DNA from: Lachnospiraceae bacterium
GTDB taxonomy: Bacteria; Bacillota; Clostridia; Lachnospirales; Lachnospiraceae
Direction: 5' to 3'
DNA: 61,049 bases
Assembly: GCA_024680835.1 (NCBI GenBank)
Contig: JAILBP010000287.1
Location: 1-61,049, forward strand
The position numbers were made by a program, and so were the translations under genes. Shown here one piece after another: positions 1 through 8,721 of the stretch (its first letter is position 1; each line of letters starts with the position of its first letter). The notes below the pieces were generated by a model. It had not been told where the DNA came from and made no database searches. It worked only from the letters and a program-made list of their open reading frames with translations.

Positions 1-313
1 TGCTCATACTGCTGTCATATTCTATGATATCATCACCTGTAAGCGTGGCTAAGAGGCTTATCTCATCCTTTCCGAAACCGACCACAAGATATTTATCCAC
101 GCCGGCTCTTATAATGGCAATCGTCCTGTTATTGCCCAGACGGATGCTCTCCTTGATCTCCAGGTTCTGCCTGATCGTCCTGGTCTTTTCATATCCCGCG
201 ATCCATCTGGTGGTAAAATAACACAATACCAGCACAAATATAAAAATAACGGACACGGTTATGAATTCAAATATGCTGTTGTAGGCACTGCCTGTTAACA
301 AAATACTGTTCAT
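1..313 (-). CDS. fliO: Flagellar biosynthesis protein FliO/FliZ, N-terminal ~104 codons (gene runs off the left edge)
   Basis: Hand translation of the minus strand from ATG at 313-311 gives MNSILLTGSAYNSIFEFITVSVIFIFVLVLCYFTTRWIAGYEKTRTIRQNLEIKESIRLGNNRTIAIIRAGVDKYLVVGFGKDEISLLATL... It has one N-terminal TM helix followed by the FliO-type soluble segment. It lies 2 nt after the fliY stop. It is absent from the ORF track because no stop codon falls in the window. Confidence 0.6.
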   Translation of the reverse strand, partial: MNSILLTGSAYNSIFEFITVSVIFIFVLVLCYFTTRWIAGYEKTRTIRQNLEIKESIRLGNNRTIAIIRAGVDKYLVVGFGKDEISLLATLTGDDIIEYDSSMS

Positions 314-315
314 TA

Positions 316-1527
316 TCATTTTACGATCTCTGTGATACGTACACCGAAGCTTTCCTCAATGACCACAACCTCGCCCTTGGCGACATATTTACCGTTCACC
401 AGAATGTCGATAGGCTCACCGGCGATTTTATTAAGCTCCACAATGGTACCGGGTGTGAAATCCAGTATCTCCTGTATGGATTTGCTGGTCCTGCCCAATT
501 CCACGGTGACCTCCAGGGGAACATCCATGATGAGATCGATGTTTTCCTTTGCAAAGTTTGCGGCAAAATCACCGGTGAAGGGGGTAAACTGTGCCGGCTG
601 AACCTGTACGGGCTGACCGTACATTGAGGGATCCATCATCGTGGGAGCCGGATAAGGCTGTCCCTGATAAGGTCCTGCGGGATAAGGCCCTGCCTGATAC
701 ATCTGTCCCTGCTGAGGCGCTCCCATGGGATTACCCATGGGTGAAGCTGCCGGCGCGGGTTCCGGAGCAGGTGCCGGTGCACTGTCTCCGATACCTATCT
801 GTGCATCATTGGCATCTGCCTGCATATTCGAAGTCACGGCAGAACACATCTCTCTAACAAATGAATACGGATACAGCTGCATGATCTCTGAGTCCACAAG
901 ATCTCCTATCTCCATTCTGAATGAGATCTTAACGAACTTTCCTGATAAAAACTCGTCTATGGAACCCTCGTCGACTCCGTCCTGAAGGTCGATGAGATCC
1001 GCCACCGGCGGTGAAATATCGATGGTACGCGACAACATGCTGGAAAGAGATGTTGCGGAAGATCCCATCATCTGGTTCATAGCTTCCGAGATGGCCGAAA
1101 GATGAAGCTCTCCCAGCTCTCCGTCGGTATTTGTACCGTCACCGCCCATCATAAGATCCGTTATTATCTTAACATCATTCTCACGCAGCACCATGATGTT
1201 ACTACCGTTGAGTCCGACAGTATAAGCGATACGGATAAAAACGCAGGGTCTTTCGTACTGAGCTACGATATCATCCCATGTTGCATCGCTCACAACCGGC
1301 GTAGAGATGTTGACTTTTCTGTTGACAAGGGAAAAAAGCGTAGTCGCGGCAGTACCCATGGAGATATTCGAGATCTCTCCAATGGCATCTTTCTCATCGT
1401 CCCGCAATTTTTCATCCGGACCGGTCACGACAGACGAGGCAGATCCGGCAGCCGGAGAACCGCTGCTATTGCCGTTTCCCCCGCCATTCAGGAGTGCATT
1501 TATTTCTTCCTGAGATAAAACATCCAT
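316..1527 (-). CDS. fliY: Flagellar motor switch protein/phosphatase FliY (CheC-like domain + FliN C-terminal domain)
   Basis: 403 aa. The N-terminal LSQEEINALL is a CheY-P binding motif. A CheC-like middle region is followed by a P/Q/G/Y-rich linker and a FliN-type C-terminus (VELGRT...ILDF.PGTIVELNK..GEPIDILVNGK..AKGEVVV). It follows fliM. Confidence 0.9.
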   Translation of the reverse strand: MDVLSQEEINALLNGGGNGNSSGSPAAGSASSVVTGPDEKLRDDEKDAIGEISNISMGTAATTLFSLVNRKVNISTPVVSDATWDDIVAQYERPCVFIRIAYTVGLNGSNIMVLRENDVKIITDLMMGGDGTNTDGELGELHLSAISEAMNQMMGSSATSLSSMLSRTIDISPPVADLIDLQDGVDEGSIDEFLSGKFVKISFRMEIGDLVDSEIMQLYPYSFVREMCSAVTSNMQADANDAQIGIGDSAPAPAPEPAPAASPMGNPMGAPQQGQMYQAGPYPAGPYQGQPYPAPTMMDPSMYGQPVQVQPAQFTPFTGDFAANFAKENIDLIMDVPLEVTVELGRTSKSIQEILDFTPGTIVELNKIAGEPIDILVNGKYVAKGEVVVIEESFGVRITEIVK

Positions 1528-1531
1528 TTTT

Positions 1532-2512
1532 TCAATCCTCTTCTCTGATAATTGAAGTTATCCTGACGGCATAATCATCACCGACCGAACCGGGAAGTGC
1601 CGTGAATTTTCGAATGTCACTGACGTAGATATCAAGTTCCTCATCCACATGCTTGTCAAGCCTTATGATATCCCCCGGCGCAAGTCCCACAAAATCCGAA
1701 ACGGATATCTGAGTCTTTCCCAGCACGACCTTGATAGGCATCGGTGCTTTCTGGATGATACTCTCGATTACTTCGTTATATCTTTCTGAATCTTTTTCTT
1801 TTATGCTGGCGAACCAGTATCTGGTATTAAGCCTTTCGATGACCGACTCCAATGTCATAAAGGGAAGACATATGTTCATGAGTCCTTCCGATTCACCGAA
1901 TTTAATGTTCAAAGTCACGATAGCGATCATCTCGCCCGGTGATATGATCTGGGCAAACTGCGGATTTGTCTCGATCCTCTCGAGCCTCGGTGACAGCTCC
2001 GCAACATTCTCCCAGGGCTCCGGCAAAAGGTTAACGCAGATGTTTATTATCCTCTCCAGGATGATGAGCTCTATCTCCGAGAACTCCCTGGTCTTTTCAA
2101 GAGGAGTTCCGGCACCACCAAGCATTCTGTCCACAAACGCATATCCGATGGAAGTGGAAAGCTCCAGCAACACACTGCCGGGTATCGGATAAAAATCTAT
2201 GATCCCCAACAATACGGGATTGGCCAGAGAATTAGTAAATTCGAAATATGTAATTGCTTCAGAGTTCATGACCTCTATCTGAATGTTCTTCCTAAGGTAA
2301 ACAGGCAGGTTCGTAGACAACAGTCTCGCATAGTGTTCAAATATGATCTCTAAAGTCCTGAGATGCTCTTTGGAAAACTTGGAAGGTCTGGCAAAATCGT
2401 ATTCTTTTACCTGACGTTCCTTGGGTTCTATGAGATCGTCAGCGGTTACCTCACCGCTGGATAACTGTTGCAGAAGGCTGTCTATTTCACTTTGGGAAAG
2501 TACGTCACTCAT
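1532..2512 (-). CDS. fliM: Flagellar motor switch protein FliM
   Basis: 326 aa. The N-terminal LSQSEIDSLL motif, the FliM middle domain and the C-terminal SpoA/FliN-like segment are present. It sits between fliL and fliY. Confidence 0.92.
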   Translation of the reverse strand: MSDVLSQSEIDSLLQQLSSGEVTADDLIEPKERQVKEYDFARPSKFSKEHLRTLEIIFEHYARLLSTNLPVYLRKNIQIEVMNSEAITYFEFTNSLANPVLLGIIDFYPIPGSVLLELSTSIGYAFVDRMLGGAGTPLEKTREFSEIELIILERIINICVNLLPEPWENVAELSPRLERIETNPQFAQIISPGEMIAIVTLNIKFGESEGLMNICLPFMTLESVIERLNTRYWFASIKEKDSERYNEVIESIIQKAPMPIKVVLGKTQISVSDFVGLAPGDIIRLDKHVDEELDIYVSDIRKFTALPGSVGDDYAVRITSIIREED

Positions 2513-2560
2513 CTTGCGACCTCCCCCATCGGTTTATTAAGGCAATTCCACTTCGAAAAA

Positions 2561-3070
2561 TTACTGGAATGTTGCCCCAAGGTTAACAGCTATTATAAAG
2601 TTTGAATCAAAAAGTCCCTGTATCCGCTCCAATGCCAATGCTTCCGGCTCGGAAACATCATTTTTGATCTCCTCATAGGTATATTTTGTGATAATGGAAC
2701 GTACCGTCTCGCGAATGAGTGTGACACGTTCTGCTACTAACGGCTGTAATGTTTCATAATCCGGGTTTGTCTTATCATAGGACAATGAAATGGTCACAAC
2801 AGCGTAATGCTCCTCACCGTTGGGTGAATCCGTCAGGTTGACAGTCATGGAATCCTCAAGATCATACACCTCTATATTCTCGATGCTGACAGAGGAAAGA
2901 TTTGCCGTACGACCACTGGCGATCTCAAGATTCAGCGCGGTACAGACCTCAGTTATAAGCTTATTGGCCTGTTTGGTCTGCGGTACCAGCGTCACCATTA
3001 TAATGGCGGAGATCACAATGTTTACAACCAGCAGTGCCAGAATCAGCACCGACATCAGATTTTTTTTCAT
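2561..3070 (-). CDS. fliL: Flagellar basal-body-associated protein FliL
   Basis: 169 aa with a single N-terminal TM helix and a FliL-like periplasmic domain. Its position between motB and fliM is conserved. Confidence 0.8.
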   Translation of the reverse strand: MKKNLMSVLILALLVVNIVISAIIMVTLVPQTKQANKLITEVCTALNLEIASGRTANLSSVSIENIEVYDLEDSMTVNLTDSPNGEEHYAVVTISLSYDKTNPDYETLQPLVAERVTLIRETVRSIITKYTYEEIKNDVSEPEALALERIQGLFDSNFIIAVNLGATFQ

Positions 3071-3074
3071 CCTG

Positions 3075-4058
3075 TTATCCCTCCAGGTCTGAATTATAGG
3101 AATTGAATATCTTTATAACAACACGTCTGTTCAGGGCACGCCCTTCTGCAGAGTTATTATCCGCTATGGGAACGTAATCTCCCCTGCCGGAGGACTTGAT
3201 ATAAGCGTCATTGATGGTAGTGGTCTCCCTGAGATAATCGGCAACCGTAAGGGCTCTGTACATTGACAATACGTTATTGTCTTCGTACTGAGCCGAATGT
3301 ATCGGCACATTATCCGTGTGACCTTCAACCTCTATGATGTTAGCCTGGAAGTTCTCCAGTATGTAGGAAATGCGCTCCACTAAAGGCATTGCATCTTCCC
3401 TTATATCCCTCGCTCCCGAATCAAACAGGATCGCTCCGTTCAATGTCAGCAAAACATACTGGGCATTAAAATCGACTTCCACCTGATCCTGTATTCCGTA
3501 ATACGCAAGCTCTTTTGTGACTTTTTCCGCTATCTGTTCGGACTCAGACAATTCCTGAAGCTCAAAGGCTTCCGCAATGTCTTCCTCGCTCTGGGTATAT
3601 GAAGATTCCTCGCCGTCGGCTCCTCCGTTTCCGGCATTGCCGTCCTCACCTACGTCTCCCATATTGGTCGAATCCTCATCCGATGCGTTTGCATCTCCAG
3701 GAGTCTTCTCGGTGTTGTCCGTCTTTGCGTTATCTTTTGTGGTATCCTCGATGAAGCCTTCCGTGTCCGACTTACCTTTGCCCATGGAATTTGCATCAGG
3801 CATATACAGCGTATTATACTGTGCCAGCTGTGTAAGACCTGCGCCGATCTCGTCTCCGTCACCTATGGTGGAGGAACCGCCCTGCAAAACATTGAACTTT
3901 GAGTTCATGGATGCAATGATCAGCTCCATCTTGTACTCATCGATGGACGACATGGCGAACAGCAACACAAAGAAGCACAGCAGAAGATTCATAAGATCGG
4001 AGAAGGTGGATTGCCACGCCGGGGCTCCTTTCGGCGGATCATCCGGTTTCTTTGCCAT
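3075..4058 (-). CDS. motB: Flagellar stator protein MotB (OmpA-like C-terminal domain) with an acidic low-complexity linker
   Basis: 327 aa. It has the N-terminal TM/plug (FSDLMNLLLCFFVLLFAMS) and a C-terminal OmpA-type peptidoglycan-binding motif (VEGHTDN...GRALNRRVVI). Its start overlaps the motA stop by 1 nt. Confidence 0.9.
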   Translation of the reverse strand: MAKKPDDPPKGAPAWQSTFSDLMNLLLCFFVLLFAMSSIDEYKMELIIASMNSKFNVLQGGSSTIGDGDEIGAGLTQLAQYNTLYMPDANSMGKGKSDTEGFIEDTTKDNAKTDNTEKTPGDANASDEDSTNMGDVGEDGNAGNGGADGEESSYTQSEEDIAEAFELQELSESEQIAEKVTKELAYYGIQDQVEVDFNAQYVLLTLNGAILFDSGARDIREDAMPLVERISYILENFQANIIEVEGHTDNVPIHSAQYEDNNVLSMYRALTVADYLRETTTINDAYIKSSGRGDYVPIADNNSAEGRALNRRVVIKIFNSYNSDLEG

Positions 4059-4855
4059 TACTCTTCACCTCCTCCGCCACCGCTTCCGATGCCTTCGCGC
4101 TCTGCGGGAGACATGAAGTTCTTAAGCTTTTCTTCGATGGTGTGTGGGTTCTCGCCTGCCTGTATCGACAGGAGACCCTCCACTATGATCTGTCTCATCA
4201 TGTATTCATTTTCATGATTGATCTTAAGCTTACCTGCTGTAGGATTGCAAAGCCAGTTAGCTATAACGGAACCGTACAGGGTTGTCAGGAGGGCAACTGC
4301 CATGTTAGGTCCGATGGTGGAGAAATCCTCCAGGTTCTTCAACATGTTAACCAGACCGATCAGGGTACCGATCATACCCCAGGTAGGACCAAGCTCTGCC
4401 CATTTCTCCCAGAATGCGATGAATTTTTTATGTCTGGCTTCCATGCAATCCATATCAACTTCAAGGATCTGTCTTACCAGCTCGGGCTCCGTACCGTCCA
4501 CTACCAGCATGAGACCCTTTTTGAGGAAGGGATCCTCCATATTGGATGCCGTCTCCTCCAGAGCCAGCAATCCCTCTTTTCTGGCCACATTGGAAAGATT
4601 TATGATATTGCTGATAAGCTCTGCGGCATTAAATCCGGGTTCATTGAAGGATTTACCTATGGATTTGAAGCCAGCGATAACATCAGGCATTTTATTGGCA
4701 GCAATAAGACCTGCAAGGGAGCCGCCGATGGTAATGATAACAGAAGGCACATCAACGAAGTTCGGCAATAATGAGAATCCTCCGTTACCGGAGACGATGC
4801 CGAATACGATCATGACAACGCCTAAGACTGTACCAATGAGAGTTGCTATATCCAA
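4058..4855 (-). CDS. motA: Flagellar stator protein MotA (MotA/TolQ/ExbB channel family)
   Basis: The ORF track extends to 5023, but that N-terminal extension runs through a hairpin plus T-tract at 5009-5042. AAAGGAG lies 11 nt upstream of the TTG at 4855-4853, and translation from there gives LDIATLIGTVLGVVMIVFG..., a typical MotA N-terminus. The exact start is uncertain. Confidence 0.85.
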   Translation of the reverse strand: MDIATLIGTVLGVVMIVFGIVSGNGGFSLLPNFVDVPSVIITIGGSLAGLIAANKMPDVIAGFKSIGKSFNEPGFNAAELISNIINLSNVARKEGLLALEETASNMEDPFLKKGLMLVVDGTEPELVRQILEVDMDCMEARHKKFIAFWEKWAELGPTWGMIGTLIGLVNMLKNLEDFSTIGPNMAVALLTTLYGSVIANWLCNPTAGKLKINHENEYMMRQIIVEGLLSIQAGENPHTIEEKLKNFMSPAEREGIGSGGGGGEE

Positions 4856-5008
4856 AACGTTCCACACTCCTTTATGAAAACACTTTTGACTGAAAAACGG
4901 CTTCAGGAAGTAACCTTGCTTGCACGCAAAGCACACTGAGCCCAGTCTCAGATATGAATAGTTTACTAAACTTGCAATGTTTTGTCTACTTATTTTATTT
5001 AAAAAGTG

Positions 5009-5042
5009 AAAAAACAGCCACAATTTTTAGCAATGTGGCTGT
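5009..5042 (-). terminator. Hairpin + T-tract after flgE (intrinsic terminator or attenuator inside the fla operon)
   Basis: The minus strand reads ACAGCCACA-ttgctaaaaat-TGTGGCTGT followed by TTTTTT. This is a 9-bp perfect stem, 62 nt downstream of the flgE stop. Confidence 0.55.
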
Positions 5043-5103
5043 TATGATAACACAATATATGGTGTAATGTATCAGAAAATATACAATTAGGATCCCTTCA
5101 CTA

Positions 5104-7413
5104 TTATCTCTTAAGACTTATGAGCTCTTCAAGCATTGAATCCGATGTGGTGATAACCCTGGAGTTTGCCTGGAAACCACGCTGTGTGGTGATCATGGAG
5201 GTAAACTCGCTGGCCAGATCAACGTTTGACATCTCAAGTTCGCCGGTACTGATAGATGAACCGTCTGCCGATATCTCCACGCCGATACCATCGAAGTCGC
5301 CGGAGTTAAGAGTTGTCTTGTAGCAGTTGTCTCCTGTCGCCTCAAGACCTGCGGCATTGGCAAACTGTGCAACCGCGATCTGTCCCAGCAATATGGTATT
5401 ACCGTTATCATAAGATCCGTAGATCTTGCCCGCAGTATCAACGGAAAGTCCGGTCAACGCTCCGAGTTTCTTTCCTTTTCCGTCTCCGTCGGCGTCACCG
5501 CCCGAGATCGCTGCGGTAGAAGAACCGTTGTTATTGTAATTGAGCAGATTTGAGAAATCCACCTCAACATTATTGAAGGCATCATACCCTGCAGCTGTCA
5601 GAGAAGAAAGATCCAAAGAAGCGCTCTTATTACCGGCATTTCCGATATAAGACAAAGTACCGGTAGTAGTATCAAACTTAAGAGAGTATCCGTCAGATCT
5701 CGGAGTCTCTATTCTCCAGCTGGAATTGAACATGGAGTACTTTACCAGGGCATCGGCCGGAAGTTCCTCTGTGAACAGGGGATCGGCTTCAGTCTCGTCA
5801 GCCAGTGTTGATCCGTTTACCTGCGTATAAGAGTAATCTCCCAATATCTTTTCAATACCGTAGGTGTAATACGGCACACCCGAATCATCCGCATAATCGG
5901 CATCTGTCAGATCAACAGTGGTATTGCTGCCGCCGACAGGCAGATACGAAGACGGAGTTGTTATCACAATATTTTCATTGGATGTAAGGTTCAGCGTACC
6001 TGAGCTGGGGAAATCCGGGAAATAATAGTACTCATTGTCATCGGAATCAAATCCCTCGTCCGCATCGGTAAGTCCCAATTCCTCTTTCAGTTTTGTAAGA
6101 GCCGCACCGGTAAAGCAATATCCCGTGTAGGTGCTGGTACCGTTTGTAGCAGTCACTTTTGAACCAAGCGCCAGAAAATCATTGACTGTAACTGTCTTTG
6201 TGAGACTGTATTTGTCCGTCTGTGTATCTGCGGGAGTGAATGTTCCGTCTTTTACGGTTCCTTCGGTTATCTCCCATCCGTTGGTATCGGAATACTTGCC
6301 CTGAGCTACCACGGTATCGTTTCCCTTGATCACATAAAATGAACCATAACCGCTGGACTCATCTGTCAATGCAGCCATTGCCTGATTTATCTCATTGTAG
6401 GGAGACTGGAGCCTTATCCTGTAACCGGCGGGGAGAGCTCCGCTGCCGGTGAGATTGAGCTGTTCGTTAACATCCTCGGCATCGAGATAATAAGTATACA
6501 GACGACCTGTCGTAGTATCGCTTGCCGTATCCGCGTTGTCTTTTGCAACTTTATTTACTACATCCTGAATGTTTGATTTGCTCTTTCCGGTGTTGAAGTT
6601 GTAATTGTCGGTGATGTCAATACCGCTGCCCTGAACCTCTGAACCGCCTGTGCTGAAAAGATCAGACAGTGACACATCCGAATTCAGGATGGACTTTCCT
6701 TCCGCATCCAGTATGTCGGTAAGGTTTACAGTATACTCACCGTTTGAAATATCCTCCGCCTTTATGGCAAAACGCGCAGTGTACGGATATCCCAGGCTGT
6801 CGTAGATCGTGAGATTCATGGAATAACCCGAATCAGACGACATTGTAGCCGAGTTATTGTCTATAACTCCCGTACACATTGCCTTGGTGGTAGTCTCCGG
6901 AGATGATGTCTGATTTTCCGCAGACATGATCTTAAGCGGGGAAACAGTATCTTTTCTGATGTTTCCCTCACCGTCAACCTGCCATCCCATCACTGTGTAT
7001 CCTGTGGATGTCATACATAAGTTTCCGGTACCGTCCACATAGAAAGAACCTGCTTTTGTGAAAACATTCTCCGAACCGTTGTATACTACGAAAAAGCTTG
7101 ATGATGAATTGTCTGTGATCTTTAAGTCAAATGCGTTACCTGTGGTCTCCGCAGCGCCTGCCTTTGTAATGGACGCAGCCGTAGATGCCATTGAAACACC
7201 AAGACCTATCTGCTTGGCGTTAATACCGCCTGTACCCGTGGATGCATTTGCACCCGATGCATTTGAAAGAGTCTGGTACATTATCGTAGAAAATGTAACA
7301 GAGCTGGATTTAAAAGCAACAGTATTGACGTTTGCTATGTTATTACCGATAACGTCCATCTTTGTCTGATGTGTCTTAAGACCAGCCACAGCAGAGTAGA
7401 GTGATCTCATCAT
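5104..7413 (-). CDS. flgE: Flagellar hook protein FlgE, long form (~769 aa)
   Basis: It has the conserved N-terminus MMRSLYSAVAGLKTHQTKMDVIGNNIANVNTVAFK and C-terminus ELEMSNVDLASEFTSMITTQRGFQANSRVITTSDSMLEELISL. AGGAGG lies 9 nt upstream of the ATG at 7413. The ORF track's longer start at 7479 is unlikely. Confidence 0.9.
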   Translation of the reverse strand: MMRSLYSAVAGLKTHQTKMDVIGNNIANVNTVAFKSSSVTFSTIMYQTLSNASGANASTGTGGINAKQIGLGVSMASTAASITKAGAAETTGNAFDLKITDNSSSSFFVVYNGSENVFTKAGSFYVDGTGNLCMTSTGYTVMGWQVDGEGNIRKDTVSPLKIMSAENQTSSPETTTKAMCTGVIDNNSATMSSDSGYSMNLTIYDSLGYPYTARFAIKAEDISNGEYTVNLTDILDAEGKSILNSDVSLSDLFSTGGSEVQGSGIDITDNYNFNTGKSKSNIQDVVNKVAKDNADTASDTTTGRLYTYYLDAEDVNEQLNLTGSGALPAGYRIRLQSPYNEINQAMAALTDESSGYGSFYVIKGNDTVVAQGKYSDTNGWEITEGTVKDGTFTPADTQTDKYSLTKTVTVNDFLALGSKVTATNGTSTYTGYCFTGAALTKLKEELGLTDADEGFDSDDNEYYYFPDFPSSGTLNLTSNENIVITTPSSYLPVGGSNTTVDLTDADYADDSGVPYYTYGIEKILGDYSYTQVNGSTLADETEADPLFTEELPADALVKYSMFNSSWRIETPRSDGYSLKFDTTTGTLSYIGNAGNKSASLDLSSLTAAGYDAFNNVEVDFSNLLNYNNNGSSTAAISGGDADGDGKGKKLGALTGLSVDTAGKIYGSYDNGNTILLGQIAVAQFANAAGLEATGDNCYKTTLNSGDFDGIGVEISADGSSISTGELEMSNVDLASEFTSMITTQRGFQANSRVITTSDSMLEELISLKR

Positions 7414-7489
7414 AATGTTTGTCCTCCTGTCAATCTTGGCGCGCCGCTTCGTCTGTCGTTCAGAAGCGTAAGCCCCCATCCAGGTCCGG

Positions 7490-7882
7490 CTATACTATAA
7501 CCGCGCCATCAATATTTGTAAAAACCGAAGTATCTTTTCTGTCCATGGCAGTTATCACCGTCTGATTGTCAGTGTTAACTATAAATGCCAAAGAATCCAT
7601 TAGAACCAGTGATTCCTGTATTCCCTTTTCCTTTGCGTTCCTGACACCCTCGTTGAGCCTTTGAGTCTGCTCCTCAGACAGATCGATCCCCCTGTCCGAT
7701 AACCTCAATGCCGCATGTTTGGAAAATCTGACTCCCTCTGCTTTATCCCGGATCCTCTCTCCCAAAAAATCGGAAAAGCTTTTCTCCGGTTGCAGAACCT
7801 CAGTCCTCTTATTTTTCCCGGTGTCAGGAAAACGGTTCATCACCTGCTCTATGGAAGTAAAACCGGATCTTATCTCGCTCAT
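7490..7882 (-). CDS. Small conserved flagellar-operon protein (the family found between flgD and flgE in Firmicutes; I recall it as TIGR02530)
   Basis: 130 aa. It contains RFSKHAALRLSDRGI...L..A....KG...SLVL.D..AFIV, matching my memory of this family. The flgD-X-flgE position is conserved. Confidence 0.65.
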   Translation of the reverse strand: MSEIRSGFTSIEQVMNRFPDTGKNKRTEVLQPEKSFSDFLGERIRDKAEGVRFSKHAALRLSDRGIDLSEEQTQRLNEGVRNAKEKGIQESLVLMDSLAFIVNTDNQTVITAMDRKDTSVFTNIDGAVIV

Positions 7883-7918
7883 ATTGTTTACCTCCGATCA
7901 GATCATGCCCAAAAGATA

Positions 7919-8659
7919 TCAGATCTCCTGTGCCACTGCATCTGCGATAACCTCTTCAACCGGTTCGTAAGGCTCTTCCTCCTCCTCAGCCGGCTTCGAT
8001 GATGAAGCCACCATATCAGCCAGAGCCTGCAGTGCTTTGATCCTTGCTTCAAGCTCGGAAAGTTTTTCAAGCTGTTCGTCATCTATATACTGCTTGTCAT
8101 AGTCGCTCAGACCGTCGTAGAACTCTCTCACCTGCGAAACCGCGGTAGCATAAGACATATCTATGCTCTTTGCATTAGGCAGCATATCCAGCATCTTGCC
8201 GAAGTCCGAAGCATTGTTGTATGCCGACATATAATCGCTGTCCATGACCGAATAAAGATCGTCTAAATCGTACAGCGCACCGTTGATGGAGAGATAAACA
8301 TTTGATCCCTCTCTCTGAACATAGTCTACAGGTCCCGAGATGAAGTTTGTGTCTCCCGTTGTGGAACTGGTCACCTGCATTATGACTTCCTTGCCCACCA
8401 AAGCGTTGGCCTCGCTGCCCTCCATGGAGTGTACCATGTTCTCCGAAGCTTCAACCTGTGAAAATGTTGCCAGCTGGGCTACGTAGTCGGTGTTTGTGGA
8501 TGGTTCGAGCGGATCCTGATACTGCATTTCCGCTACCAGCAGGTTCAGGAAATCTTCTTTGTCAAGCTGATTTCCGGACTTTTCTTTCGTGGCTGATGTG
8601 GCATTCTGATTTTCTACCCACTTTCCATCCACGATAGACTGGATTAATGACATAGGCAT
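7919..8659 (-). CDS. flgD: Flagellar hook assembly/capping protein FlgD
   Basis: 246 aa with the FlgD signature L.KEDFLNLLVAEMQYQDPLEP. It lies between fliK and flgE. Confidence 0.9.
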   Translation of the reverse strand: MPMSLIQSIVDGKWVENQNATSATKEKSGNQLDKEDFLNLLVAEMQYQDPLEPSTNTDYVAQLATFSQVEASENMVHSMEGSEANALVGKEVIMQVTSSTTGDTNFISGPVDYVQREGSNVYLSINGALYDLDDLYSVMDSDYMSAYNNASDFGKMLDMLPNAKSIDMSYATAVSQVREFYDGLSDYDKQYIDDEQLEKLSELEARIKALQALADMVASSSKPAEEEEEPYEPVEEVIADAVAQEI

Positions 8660-8721
8660 TCTCCTTTCTGAAAAAGATTAATAAATTCCAAAGATTCAGG
8701 GGCATAGGACCGTGGATGCGG

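Noticed and set aside
24-221. 65-aa plus-strand ORF at the left edge
   Set aside because: It lies antisense to the fliO reading frame, which gives a sensible TM-plus-FliO-like translation contiguous with the fla operon.
4052-4877. Two long plus-strand ORFs (4052..4771, 239 aa; 4218..4877, 219 aa) opposite motA
   Set aside because: They are antisense shadows of a well-supported motA gene. The translations are low-complexity (C/H/R- or S/P-rich) with no motifs or RBS context.
4856-5023. Long N-terminal extension of motA given by the ORF track (start at 5023)
   Set aside because: The extension (MWLFFHFLNKISRQNIASLVNY...) is unlike MotA and contains a terminator-like hairpin plus T-tract. A good RBS precedes the TTG at 4855.
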